DNA of 64,000 nucleotides from Pecten maximus (taxonomy: Eukaryota), in the NCBI RefSeq assembly GCF_902652985.1, contig NC_047015.1:34100001-34164000 (forward strand). The letters are read 5' to 3'. The stretch's first letter is position 1. Each line of letters opens with the position of its first letter. This document shows, in pieces, positions 42,628 to 55,930 of the stretch. Both the position numbers and the translations under genes were made by a program. The notes beneath the pieces were generated by a model. That model was not told where the DNA came from. It was given only the letters and a program-made list of their open reading frames with translations, and made no database searches.

Positions 42628-44662
42628 TTTATAGATCTAGTATATAACAGTATTAAGTGAAGCAATCATATTCATCCTCAAATAAGGCTGGCTTCCCTAG
42701 TGTAAACATTTAATAGGAAATTTTGAGAACCTGAATATTTCATGATTCTGCAAGAAGGGGGCTTATTTGTGGCCAGGTTCTTATTTGCAGATAAATACGA
42801 TACTGATGCTGAACTGAAATATTGTTGAAAATGTATTATGTATAGAACTAGTATATATTAATATATAGTGAAACAGTACTGAAATGAACAAAAGTGTAAA
42901 ACCTTTAGCTAGAGTTAGTAATGATACGTTAGAAATATTTATATATTATTTACTAATCAAATTTGTGAGGTGCTGATTGTTTACTGTTGTTGTCATGGAG
43001 ATCACAACTCCCCCATATCCTTTATATCATCATATACAACTATCGCACTGACCACTTGCAGGTCACTAAATTCAGCAATGACCAGTCCAGTGATTGATAA
43101 AGGCTGACTACACATATTTAGTTATCACTTTGTTACAGTTCTGTCATGAATTGTTCAGTCTTTTATAGAAAATTGTTAGATTATCATACGGTTGTTTAGT
43201 GATAACACAAGTCATAGTGTATACAAACTAACTCTGCATTCCAGTACAGTTGTAAGGCACAGTCTAAAGGAACTAATTCAAACATCATCACGAATCAGAT
43301 GTGTGTGGTTGTATTGTTACAGAATTAGAAATATATCACCTAGTCATTTAACGCTAGTCATTTAATACCTTTTCCAAGTTCATGAAATATTGTTGTGTTA
43401 TCATTGAGCACCATGTGTCGTCACTTTGCTCTCACCTGACTGGTAACAAATTGATATTTTAACCAGATTTCTGTTGATATTAAATTAGAAATGAAATCTA
43501 CATCACCATCAAAAGACTGTCAATATGTCCACTATGAAAACTCTAGTGTATAAGCATACAAAGCTTGCAGTACATTGTTACATTATATTCATTAGAGTCG
43601 CTGACTGACCTGATTTGTCAGGTTGACTGTTTTTGACTTGCTAAGATCATGAAAAATACTGGAATACCATGATATTTTATTCCTTTTTGAACAGAAATGG
43701 TTACACTTAATTGCCAGGTGACCCTAATGCATTTTCACATTTGATTGGTGAATCAAAACCCAGTCACCTAGATAAAAGCCATTAAAAGGTAAAATTAGAC
43801 TTGTAATTCCACTCATCTACGATACTCTATGATACAAATCATATTGCAGTGTATCATAGAGGAACAGAAATTTCCAATTCTAATTTGGATAGATAATACT
43901 GTATATTCAATTTTACTTGGGACCCCCTGTAAACTTATGCAGCCTTGGTTTTGAAGGGTTACGATATTTTAACTCTAGAGGTTGGTGACACTTCTATTGG
44001 TGATTATATTGCAATATATAATGCCCTATAATGGCTATCAGTGATGAAAACTGATATCCTTGTTTGATTTTTTTCCCCAGTTTTCTGATGATGTTTCTAT
44101 CGGTCCCGTTTTGATATAACTTTTAAAAGACAAAATAAATCAGAATTATCTTCTGTGTTATAAAATAAACTATTCCACTAATTAATCTATCACATTCATG
44201 ATGCTGTAATATGTAGATACAATTAATGTGTATGTTGTGGCAGACTATTTACCTTAGTTTTGTATCCAAATTACGAGGTGAGAGGCTCCCAATAGCAGAA
44301 GATGCATGTGAGGTTGCGTTTTCATTGATAACCAATTAAGGCGGTGTTGCTAGATTATAAAACTAATCACTATTTCTATAAATTTTCAACATTAATCCTC
44401 CATGATAACTTATTAAAGCCACCGTGCTAGATTATAGACAAATCAATTTCGACAGTTAATCCCTAGGTATACATGTATAATTCAAGTACATGTTATATTA
44501 ATTAAGCAAACAAGTGTTGCCTAAATCTGCAGTCGTAAGCTTCGGTCATTACAACACCAACTCTACGCAATGTGTCATTAACTGTCATCACATATGTCTC
44601 TTTCATACAGGGTGCTTTGTTATTACATCTCATCATCACGTGGCTCTTCTAACTTATATTAC

Positions 44663-44751
44663 ATTGTACTCGAGATGTTCTGATTCACAATATTTCATTG
44701 TACTCGAAATGTTCTGATTTGCAATATTATATTGTACTCGGGATGTTCTGA
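44663..44751. repeat. ~34-bp tandem repeat, ~2.6 copies
   Basis: attgtactcg...atgttctgat repeated three times. Confidence 0.8.
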
Positions 44752-47700
44752 TGGTCTAAACAGGATAGGTTTCCAATTGCGATGTCATTATTGTATGAAA
44801 TGTCATAATGTCTTACGCATACAAAAACCTCATTTGATTAGCACAAAAAGTCGATCTGGTAATATTAATTTTGTTAATGTTTCTGTATTTTGAAATTGAT
44901 TTAAATATTAACTCTGCGATGGCAATTTTTAAGGGGAAATTGGTAAATACATACTGATATTTGTATTTTTTTTAATAATGGTTTGATATTAAAAAAATCA
45001 TACATTTATGAATTAGGTGATTCACTGACTAAATCTAATTTTGTCATCACTCTCAATATAGAGATAGTGACCAGTTCAAATATTTGTCTTCAAATTATAT
45101 GTCATTGTCTTTATGTTTTTTAATTATTATCATACATGTAAATTGTATTCATCATAATAGCCACATTTAAGTTAGTTTTTAAACATACTACATTTGGCAA
45201 ACCTGGTACTGAAATCTTTCTTCACACTTGCACTCAATGTACTTCCTACTTTAAGGTACTTTTGGATTTGGTTTCTAAAATGTGTTGATAGGGATATCAC
45301 TGTAGTCACTAAGCATTATTATAACTTTCCTTTTGGTTAAAATCTGATAGATGAATCAAATGGTATCTTTATATAAATATATAAATATTTATCTAGAAAG
45401 ATCTTGTTTTAGCTTTTGCATGTTTTGTTTTACATATATGTATTTCTAAATGAAAGCTTGTTGCAACTTAATTTGTTCAGCATTGGGACCTATATCACTC
45501 AGTATTAATGTTTTGTTGATTCATTCGAAATTAATAGATTAAAAGTTAAATTTTGTATGTTTTTCACATATTCTTTCCTTCATTATAGAACTATTTTTTT
45601 TTATTCAGCTTCCATACAATGGTATATTGTCAAATGAAATATATTGTGGGCAAAATGACAAGTATTAAACGAAGGAAACAGAAAATGTTTCAAAGGAATT
45701 CAGTATATATTGATTTAGTTTTAAGATAATTCAATGAAAAAAACTATAAAATCAACATAATTTAAGCTCGGATTGCCTTTGAAATTTGACTGTTATACAA
45801 TTTATGTACTGTTCAATGATCTTTACAGAAAAGGTATTTGCCAGCTCACTGTTTACATTTTCTTGGCAACCTGCCACTGGAGAAGTGTGTGGGGTCTATT
45901 TTAGTCTGGATTTATCTTAATGACTTTTATGTATCTTTTTAGATATTTCTTGTGATGATAAACAGCTACATGCCAGACTTGTTACATGTGTATTTGGTGT
46001 TTTACTCCACAACACTGTTACAAAATATTTTGGTGGGCACCAATACCTGTAAACCTTGTGTTTTAGCCTCATCAACATAAGAAAGTTTGTGGTGTGTTAT
46101 TGTTTCACAATGGACCCATTAATGTATGATGGTAGTGGTTCCAATTGGAGGAGTTTTTATAGAGTTATCAAAGCTTGTATTATCAGTAGATAAAATCTCA
46201 TCCTACCCTGTGATTAGTATTGCCAATTATTGCCATGGCATTTCTATTTTTCTGATGGTAATGAGACTGTTCTGTTTACTGATTTCAAACAGACATATGA
46301 AGAAACACTCATTTTCTCTTTGTAAACTTCAATAAAAAAATCACTTCTCTGGCTATAAAACCTTTCACAGCTTTACTGCTGCCTAACCTAGCTTGCCTAA
46401 CTCTTTGTAAGCTGTAATATGTAACCTTATTACCATCAGACATCCCAATTTTACATGAAATAAGTCTTTTACAGGCGTGCATTATGTAAAGTAAGATTCA
46501 CAGCTTACAGCCAAACTTTTCTTTTTTTAACTTTAATTTTTAACAGTGATATTATCCTTTTCCATTTCTTCCAGCCATGTCTTCGTTAAAAGAATATATT
46601 CCATAAAAACCCTATTGGCAAACTTTTCCAAAATACATCTTCTCATATTACAAAATCAAAGCCCTGGAAGTTTTAAGCTGAAGATACCATGTTGAACAAT
46701 TGTTTTCACCATTTACCTGTTCAGTTTTGAAAATGTAACTCAAGAGGAACTTATAGTTTTGGTTTTTTTTTAATTCTGAACTTTCAATCATTTGAAATAT
46801 CCTTGCAATTAAGAAATATTTATAAAGAACTTCCCTGATGTTTGGCAGTGATGGTGTACTACCCTGTTATATATTTGATGGCTATATGAGAATGTCAGGA
46901 TAAGTTTTAACAGTGAAATGTTGAGTCAATACAACACATGTGGAAGAGATTAGCACACCAAACAGCCTCCTACTCTCTTCAATCTCTGTGCTTTATTTTC
47001 CTGATGATTGATATCATTGAAAACTTTTCAGTGCCTGTATGTCATGGGCTTGCATAGGGATTTTCACATTAAATTTGACCTAAAATAGCTTAGAAAACTG
47101 TTCTCAAGGTCATTCATTATGACCTTTAGTGTCAATCTGTGTACAGGAAACAAAAATTACACCTAGCTGGCATATTTAAGATAAATCTATTATGCTAGTT
47201 TTGAAATTTTCTTGAAATGGTATGAATATATCGGTATACATAAAGGTATACAAATAGAGATGTTCATTCTCATGTTTTAGTTTAATTTAAAAGTTTAATT
47301 ATGTTTCAATATTAGACTATAGTCATGACTACATGACTAAAGTTATAAATACTTAGAAAAAATAAATCAAGATATGATAAATATAGTATTTCCACATGAT
47401 TCTTCAAATTGAATCAGTATTTATTGTAAAAATGGGCCTGTTAAAGGTGATGTTATCATTAATGGGAGAAATGGGAGTTTTGTGATTCTTTGGGAAAAAG
47501 AAATGGAATCAACACTTTATAATCTTTCTAGTGATAATTTATTTTTTAACGCAAAACTAATTTCATAACATTGTAATTCCCCAAGGTATGACTACATAGA
47601 TATAGCTATAGAAAGTGTGATAACCAAGCCCTGTGTAAGGAGACTACAAATGTATTTGTACAGGTGAAGTTTCACAAACTCCTGCATACACACTTTCCTA

Positions 47701-48755
47701 AAATTTTACTTACAAAATCTTTATGCAGTTGCACTAGATCTCTATGCAGTTGCACTATTAACTATTTTCTCCCAGCTCTCCTGTAATACTCACAGTACTG
47801 ATCTACCTCCTGTGTTAGATAGATCAAACCATCCCTAATACAAAGTAGCTCCCCAGGTATCCTTTATCATTGATGTTTTAGTCAATAATAACTGATCTAG
47901 GGATCCGAACACGGGGTTTATCTTTGATTCTGGGTCGTTTTTTAACTTTTACCTACAATGTACCCTGTGTGCTTTATGTAGCTCAGTTTGGTATAATGCT
48001 GATCGTATGAATACAATCTACAATTGCATTGATATTGATGAAATGATTCTAATAATTGAAATGTTAAAATCGTATAACAATGATCATGGCTAATGTCGTA
48101 TGTATGATATATATTAACATCGTGTTTGATATTGTGTCATTTTCACCTCACAGATTTCAGACAGACAATAAGACATAAACATCCAATACTAAAAGCTGTA
48201 CACCTCCTTATCTCCTCAACTGTTATTTTCAAAGAATCAATGCCTTCAAAAGATATTTTTTAAAAGTGATGTTTTATAAGGATTTTTTCTTATAAAATAT
48301 AGAGCACTCTCCTACCAATTTATCAATATATATTAGTATTACCTCCTTCCCCCTCCAGTCTCAATAGAGCCTTCATCCCCAACCAATTCTCAATAGAACC
48401 TCTCTTACCACCATATTTTTTAAAGAGCCTCCAATCCTATCTGGTTCTAGACAAATTTCCCTTCCTTTCCCCTTTTTTTAACCTACCTCCATACAACCCC
48501 ACTTTCCCCCAATATGAGCCCGTCCCCTACCCCTTTCTCTTACATACTCCCTTCCCACCTCATTTTAATATTCTTGCTCACTCAGCAGACATTGTAAGAA
48601 CAATATTGGTACTAACATACTGGGCCTCTTGTTATATCAGTACCTGTGTATATATACCTGGTCACTCTATTGTCTCATTGTAACGTAAACGAAAACGTAT
48701 ATTATGCTTCATGTATAGTAGGTCTGTATGCCTTCTTTCAATCAGCACTTCCAAC

Positions 48756-48776
48756 TTCTCTCTCTCTCTCTCTCTT
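48756..48776. repeat. (CT)n microsatellite
   Basis: Direct reading. Confidence 0.85.
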
Positions 48777-50409
48777 GGGCGAGGAGTAAATGCCAAATTA
48801 CAGTATGTACTGTATGTAAATAATTATTCATATATAGCTTGATAATCATATGTCGAAATATAATCATATTTATTTGCAATATTTAAGCCAGTCATTTTTA
48901 ATTTGTATAATAATCGACCATTGTTGCTCATTGTTTTACATTTAATCTTGATTTTAATTGTTATGGTGATTATGCTGTTAAGTTATGTACTCTGCGCATC
49001 GAGTTTACGACGATATTTTCCTCGGGTCAGTCAGTGCTACGTGTATATACCGTTATATCGTGCTCCAAGTCGTAATCCCGAGTCAACTAGTTTACTCAAA
49101 AATAAAAGGTTATGCTTACGCGGTAACTTGTCTTGTCTTGTTTATCCCAAAGTTTTCCTTGAAATGGAAAACCCTATTGTATGAGTACAATATGAATTAT
49201 TGTACGTTTAAGGTGTCCCATCACTTTTCTACAGCAGCAGGTCTTAGTAGAGACTTATATACTAGAATATAGGTCTCTGATCTTAGTATGTTATTTTACT
49301 CTTAATTTTATGTTTTCTCCTTTTTTATTCATGCAGAGATAAATATTGATCGTGGGGACATTCTGGAACGTTCGAAAATTCTTTCTATTTATGCTGTAGT
49401 CAATTATTGGCACAGCAAGTATATCTGACAAGTGACTAAGAAGATCAGGCGATATGAATCTCGCAAAGTGGAATGTATTTTTATTCTTAAATGATAAATG
49501 AAGAAGAAACTGGAAATTATAAAACAAAAATGGTCAGTGACTGTGCCTTGTTTACTGGACACCCAATGGCAATCTGACGCTTATTCTTCAGTCAGCTGGC
49601 TGCTAAACTGGGGCAAATAAACTAACTGACATAACAGTATATTGATTTTTCAATTAAGTAAATTCAAATCCTATTGCAGTAATGTTTGTCCATATTAATG
49701 GAACATCGTGTTATCATTTTGCAGATGTTCTGTGCACATATTGACTTTTCAGTGTAATTTGTCAAAGTTCAGTTAACACACACATGCACACTTTAAACTA
49801 TGAATCTAGCCGACCGTACGATTTTCATCCTAAAATTCGTCAGTAATGTTAGGGAACAAACGCCTGGAAATTAAGTTTAGAGGCTAGGTAAACAAAAAAT
49901 AGCTTTAAAAATGTTCAAAGACTAACCCCATAACTACAACCATGTACATACCTTTTCATTCAAATCCATTGTGATGACATGGGTATGGGGGTTATATCTA
50001 GCAAGACTACGAAGATCACTGATATTTACATGGAATGATTTTGTCAGTAATATAGTTTTATGCATTTTACTCTCAGAATATAATCCCTGCATCTCAAAAT
50101 AAAATTGTATTCAAAACACAAATCATTTCATCACGCCGGCATAATCTACAAGTCTCCTTTAGACTACAATGTTTTAGGTAAGCCGATTACAGCAACCTGT
50201 TATATAATAACGTGCATGCAATACAGTACGTTATGGACATATGAAGGACAGTTTAGGTGACCTTAACATGTTATCAGAGAACTACAATAATGGCTTGATA
50301 TTATTGCGTTATCGAATAATTTGATATAGTGTTTACAGATATATGTCAAAACACATTATATGAAAAAGATACACTATAACAGAGACGTATATACCTGTTA
50401 TACCTGGGG

Positions 50410-50778
50410 AACACGTTATTACGGAAATTTAGCCGTTTATTAGCGTTATAACGGAGAAAAAGGCGTAATAACGCAAATCAGAACACGTTATAACGCAAAA
50501 AAACAACAAAAAAACCCGCAATAATGCAAATCAGAACACGTAATAACGCAAAAAAAAACACAATAACGCAAATCAAAACTCGTAATAATGCGAGGAAAAC
50601 ACGTAATAACGAAAATCGAAACACGTAATAACGCGAAAAAACACGTAATAATGCAAATCGTAACACGAAATAACGCTAAAAACACAAAACGCGAAAAAAC
50701 ACGTAATAATGTAAATCAAAACACGTAATAATGTAAATCAAAACACGTTATATCGCGAAAAAACACGTTATTACGTTA
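50410..50778. repeat. CpG-rich ~21-bp degenerate tandem repeat
   Basis: Reiterated aacacgtaataacgcaaa; explains ORFs 50478 and 50488. Confidence 0.9.
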
Positions 50779-51136
50779 TCATGTATACATTCTTCTCCGA
50801 AAGCCTATTTGTGTCAATCAGATAAAACAGATAGATTTAGCCACATGCCGATGAACAGAAAATTAAATGATAAACACATGCATGGTCATTTGTAGACTTG
50901 GTTATGTATACGGAAGCTATAAATATCAAACAGTCTAACTTAAGGGCTATTCGCACATATAAAGAGTTCATTTTATCTACATATGATCTTCTGAATGAGC
51001 TAGTATTGAATAAGCTGTGTTAGGATCTTAAAAATTAATGAATTAGTTAATACTTTTGAAGATTGTAGGAAATGACAAGAGCCAAGATTCACATACCACG
51101 TATATATTTTAAGAGATAATGATGATAATGAAATCT

Positions 51137-51470
51137 ATTGAAAAATAGAGAACTACTCTGTCGTCTGTAAAAAAAAAGTCATCCATGTACGTTTAGTACC
51201 CTCGGCAAATTTCAGGTTGATCCAAGGGTACCCCTCTCAAACTGAATAGCGTTCTGGACCTATCGATATCGTGTATATGCGCCAATGATATGCAGTGGTT
51301 GCACAGACGTTTTTGTGCATTGAAATGATCAGGTTATTGACCCTTCTCATTGGTATATGGTCCCTATTCCACATCTAGCACCAAAGTCAACCTATATCAA
51401 CCTGAAGAGGGTACTACGCATACATGTATGAACTTTTCACAGACGACAGAATTGTTCCCTGTCTTTCAAT
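51137..51470. mobile_element. Foldback/MITE-like element with ~80-bp imperfect inverted ends
   Basis: tctgtcgtctgt...agtaccctc...ttcaggttgat is mirrored by atcaacctgaa...gagggtact...acagacgacaga. Confidence 0.7.
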
Positions 51471-51597
51471 TACACTACTATTACATTTTATAACATCTTT
51501 TTATTTCCCATAAAGCGGAAAATTTATTATTGCGGATTTCTGTGTTTTTTTATATATATATTCACATGTACCATGATATCAGTATATTTCTACTGAC

Positions 51598-53283
51598 TTA
51601 GAACAGAGCATAGGTATACTCGTTTTGTCCGGTCTGCAGAAGATCCATGCTCATTATTTGAGATGTGAGAGTTTGTTGGACCAAACACAGCTGATTGCGA
51701 GGTCCAATCGTCATCCCCGACGGGTAGAACTGGTGCAGAGCCGTCTCTTTGAGAGTCACACCCTGTCGCCCAACTAATACAAGTTTATTGGCTGCCATGT
51801 CCAGCACCAGAAGTTGACCATTTGGAGTAAAACATATATGATCCGGAATAAAATCATCTTGTGCATGTTTGTGACCAGGGAACTGGAATATCAACTTTAG
51901 ATCTCGGTCAAAAAGTGTAACCTTCGAAGAGTTTTCCTTCTGATAGCCGTAACTTAATGCTACCTCTCCAGTGATTTGGTTCTCTCGAATAACCCAGGGA
52001 TACACTACAGAGGCAAATCCATCGAGACAGCTTGTACGGTGCAGTATATTCCCGTCAACGTTATACTGCATTATCTCGTTTTTGACACCAATAAGAAATG
52101 CACCTTTCTTCTGTGCACATATACATAGGGGTAATGATTCAGTCGCGAATCGTACCGTATTCGTCTTCGAACCAATCTCAGTTATCGTTTGGTCTTCACA
52201 GCAAATCCAGGCGTTCCCAGTAAGTGGTGAAATGCAAGCATCCATTATATTAGACATTACTTTGATCTTTCTGTTTTTTTCTCCTGTCTCGTTTACAAAA
52301 ACAAGTCGTCGATCAGCTTTGTAAGAGATAAGAAATTTTCTATTGTTGTACCAAAATGCTCGTACCCCTAACGAGGACTCCTCTTGAATATGTCCCAGTT
52401 TTTTCAAGTCCAGCTGAAAGTCATCGCCTGCTTGAGAACTACGTCGTTCAGATTTTATTGGCTTTGGCGCTTGTTGTTCAGATTTGTTCTTCTTTGAAGA
52501 ATTTCTTAAAACGCGTCGTTCTGGTATAGTTTCTCGTGCAGAAATTAATTCTGCTGGTGGAGTCACCGGCAGAAGTTGTGAATTCGTTTCTGGTTGGGTA
52601 GTCCTTGGTGGCCTGGGTGGAGGGTCTAGTGAACTTTCCTTTCTCTTAATTTCATTCACTGCAAATTTCCCAAACATTTGTCCAATATCTTTCTCAACAA
52701 GCTCAGCAGATGTGAAGTTTCCCCTTCTAAATGAAGGACACCTCGGGAAAAGTGGTGGGATAGACAAGTCCCTGAAGTGACTGATGATTTCAGTGGAACT
52801 ACCACCGTTGACAACTGATTCGGTTCTATCTCTTGTTATGGAATATAACTGGTTCCCAAGTTCGTGTAGCTTTGATTTATAGTCGGCTATGATAGCCTCA
52901 TTATCCTGTATAAGATCCTGTATAGCAAGTAGTGCATTGTCAGCAATATCATCAACCACGGCTTTGAGCTTTGTTCTCCTTAGTTTCACCTCTACTAATA
53001 AGTTTTTCAAATTGTCTGTCGTCTGATCGTAATCAACTTTGATGTCTTCTAATCTCCTAGCAACTGTCTCCGCATCCGTTATTCGAGTGCGAACAAGCGC
53101 GGAGATTGGCCCACTTAAAGATTTTGCTGTTTCATGGACGCAATTAAGAACGTGCCCGCGGTGGACACTAGTTACACACTTACTACACGCAAACACGTCA
53201 CCACAACCGGAACACACGAAAATGATTTCTTCTCCTGGATGGGATGGACACGAAACCATTTCCGGCGCTGAAGGTGTAGCCAT
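51598..53283 (-). CDS. RING-less TRIM-like protein: B-box2, coiled coil, Pro-rich linker, NHL-like beta-propeller (561 aa)
   Basis: Uninterrupted 1686-nt ORF. B-box CPSH-x8-C-x2-C-x4-C-x2-C-x4-H-x2-H. Heptad-rich helix at about aa 55-165. C-terminal beta-rich repeats (ISPLTG, FTPNGQLLV, IGPRNQLCL). AATAAA on the - strand at ~51500 and ~51523. Confidence 0.9.
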   Translation of the reverse strand: MATPSAPEMVSCPSHPGEEIIFVCSGCGDVFACSKCVTSVHRGHVLNCVHETAKSLSGPISALVRTRITDAETVARRLEDIKVDYDQTTDNLKNLLVEVKLRRTKLKAVVDDIADNALLAIQDLIQDNEAIIADYKSKLHELGNQLYSITRDRTESVVNGGSSTEIISHFRDLSIPPLFPRCPSFRRGNFTSAELVEKDIGQMFGKFAVNEIKRKESSLDPPPRPPRTTQPETNSQLLPVTPPAELISARETIPERRVLRNSSKKNKSEQQAPKPIKSERRSSQAGDDFQLDLKKLGHIQEESSLGVRAFWYNNRKFLISYKADRRLVFVNETGEKNRKIKVMSNIMDACISPLTGNAWICCEDQTITEIGSKTNTVRFATESLPLCICAQKKGAFLIGVKNEIMQYNVDGNILHRTSCLDGFASVVYPWVIRENQITGEVALSYGYQKENSSKVTLFDRDLKLIFQFPGHKHAQDDFIPDHICFTPNGQLLVLDMAANKLVLVGRQGVTLKETALHQFYPSGMTIGPRNQLCLVQQTLTSQIMSMDLLQTGQNEYTYALF

Positions 53284-53310
53284 CCCTAGAGCTACTGACG
53301 TCGTTGAATA

Positions 53311-53635
53311 CTACAATAAAAAATAGATAAATGTAAATGAGCAAATAAAAGTAACTTTGAACGAAAAAGACGAGAATATTGACGTGTAAACCGTAATTCA
53401 AACTCAAAATCGAGAAAACGACAGCAAAATACACCCGAAATCTAGATACAGACTCTTTGAACGGTTTCTTCATATAACGATATTCTTATGTTGTCAACTT
53501 GTTTGCTGTCCTACAAAATTGTCTCCATATTGCCATGTATGTACCTGTAACGGATTGTTCTGCTTTGCTCGGTATCCGATAAGTGTCTCGGCAGGCCGAA
53601 CTCTGATCCCCATATCTATATATGACATCACTTAC
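53311..53635 (-). other. Probable 5'-UTR intron of the TRIM-like gene
   Basis: Minus-strand donor AG|GTAAGT (plus cacttacct 53629-53637) and acceptor ttttttattgtAG ending at 53311, 27 nt before the ATG. Confidence 0.5.
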
Positions 53636-55429
53636 CTACAGAGATTGTTTTGATTAAGCTGCTATCATATTTGTATCACATGTAGATGTGTTCGCCGGCT
53701 GATAATACGATATTAGTCCACAAATCATCCCGTTCGCATTATTTACCTTGTGCATTATCAAGTCCCTCAAACTTTATTATTTTTCTTATTGTTGTTCTTC
53801 TTTCCATTACAATTAAGTTTTTTTCATAAAATATAAAATGTCTTGAATGCCTTTGATACAAGAAATTCCCGCAGATGAACTTCTACTTATCCGAAAGTTG
53901 TTTGTTCTATTGGGTAAAGAGAACCATTAAGTTCCAATAATTATTTTTACCATACCTCTTTACTGTATCTGTACTGAGTAAATTTTCCATTGAATTGTTC
54001 GTAAAAAAACACATTTTGTAATGTATATTTCGAAATTATCATTGTTCGAATTTGAGTATTAGCACGCCATAACCAAAACGGTAAGGGTCGAATTTGGATC
54101 TTTCCTTTGCCTATCATAAAACCTAACGATGTTACTCTCCAGGGAATTATATTGTAATTCATATTTTAAAAATCCATTCTCGTTACTATGACCTGTTGTT
54201 TTACTCAAAAGCAACTGGTTCAGTTGATAAGTAGCTCTAAATATAATTCTTACAGTGGTACTTTTATCTTGAAGGTTTGCTTACCCAGGTAGGCTTACTA
54301 ACCTTACTTATGTAAGCAGTTGACATAAATTACTTTCTTGCGTGTACTGTGAACATTTTATCAAATCATGGAATTTGAATTCGTGGATCAAGAACACCCT
54401 CGAAATAACGAATGTTAACACAACATCCCCCAACCCCCATTGGCCTTTATTCTAGGTCACAATGGTCAAATATGATAAAATATTTAAACGACTTCTTTTC
54501 ATTAAGCAAGAGGCCCAAAGACCTGAAATTTGGGCATTTAGCATGCTGAGATTAAGAGCTGAAGACTGTTCAAATAAATGACCTTGACCTTCATTCAAGG
54601 TCACAATGGTCAAATATACTAAAATCTTTAAATGACTTCTTTTCATTAAGCAAGAGGTCCCGAGACCTGATATTGGGCGTTTATCATGCTGGAGATAAGA
54701 GCTATCAGTTTTGGTTCGCGATGAGCAATGCAATATATATCTATATCGCATCCGTGCGTAGCCTGTTTGACCATTCAGTTTCGTACGACTCAAACCCCAG
54801 ATTAATCGATTTTTTTTTTCATTATGACACCCCTCTCACCCAGTTATGCCAATATTGACTCCTGGCAAATCCACAAAACGTGTCCATGTTGATGTTTTGA
54901 ATGACAGACGACAAAGGGAATAAGTGAGAGTAGTAAAAGTAATCCGTGGTCAAAAGGCCAGGGGTTAGCCAATCAGAATTCTTGGAGGTCACAAATGACC
55001 AATCGATGGATTTGAAAGTGGTTACACTCCGCGGTGTAGAAACACGTGCCATATCAGTTATGAAACAAGCGTAGTTACAAACATGGTTAAGCGCCTAAAC
55101 GGGTAAAGATAAGTATGTGTCTCTGTCCCGTGACATCAATACGGATACAACGATATTTTACAATTGTCAAATCGAAGCGAAAAAAAAAGCTAATAATTTT
55201 AAAATATAAAAGTTTACGTTACCTGAATAACGATGTAGGATAGATAGGTCTTCTGAAATTGGTGAAATCGGCATTATGTATATGCAAGAAAGTAAATTTG
55301 ATAAGGAAAATTTTACCTTAACAGATTTTTGTTTAAATCAAAACATTTATGGTATTATCCTACAAGTATCTCCATGCAGGCTGTCTTTATTTGGGTGTCT
55401 CCTCAGTTCCTGTTGTATTTACGAATTAT

Positions 55430-55930
55430 AAACGTATCCTCAATTCCTGCTGTTTATAGTTACTTTTCCCGGCGTCTCCTGTCCCCGTTGTCTAGTAGTT
55501 ACTTTTTCCCTTGTGTCTCCTCAGTTCCCGTTGTATAGTTACTTTTTCCCTGTGTCTCCTCAGTTCCCTTTGTTTAGTTACTTTTTTCCCTGTGTCTCCT
55601 CAGTTCCCTTTGTTTAGTTACTTTTTTCCCTGTGTCTCTTAATTCAATCCCCTTTGTTTAGTTACTTTTTCCTTGTGCCTCCTCAGTTCCCGTTTTATTA
55701 CTTTCTTCCTCGTGTCTCCTCAGTTCCCATTGTTTAGTAACTTTTTCCCTGTGTCTCCTCATTTTCCGTTGTTTAGTTACATTTTTCCATGTGTCTCCTC
55801 AGTTCCCATTGTTTAGATACTTTTTTCCTTGTGTCTTCTCAGTTTCCTTTGTTTAGTCACCTTTTCCATGTGTCTCCTCATTTCCCGTTGTTTATAGTTA
55901 CTTTTTTCCATGTGTCTCTTCAGTTCCTTG
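55430..55930. repeat. ~38-bp minisatellite (copy A)
   Basis: ctcctcagttcccgttgtttagttactttttccctgtgt. Confidence 0.92.

Noticed and set aside
37200-48200. Hidden gene in the long AT-rich stretch after the SOCS-box gene
   Set aside because: Only short low-complexity ORFs and no convincing exon; likely long 3' UTR or intergenic DNA.
49255-49284. Hairpin agagacttatat-actaga-atataggtctct as a terminator or ncRNA
   Set aside because: Isolated short palindrome, probably a repeat end; no other support.
51971-53473. Overlapping ORFs at 51971, 52484, 53039 and 53198
   Set aside because: Antisense or alternate-frame shadows of the TRIM-like CDS.
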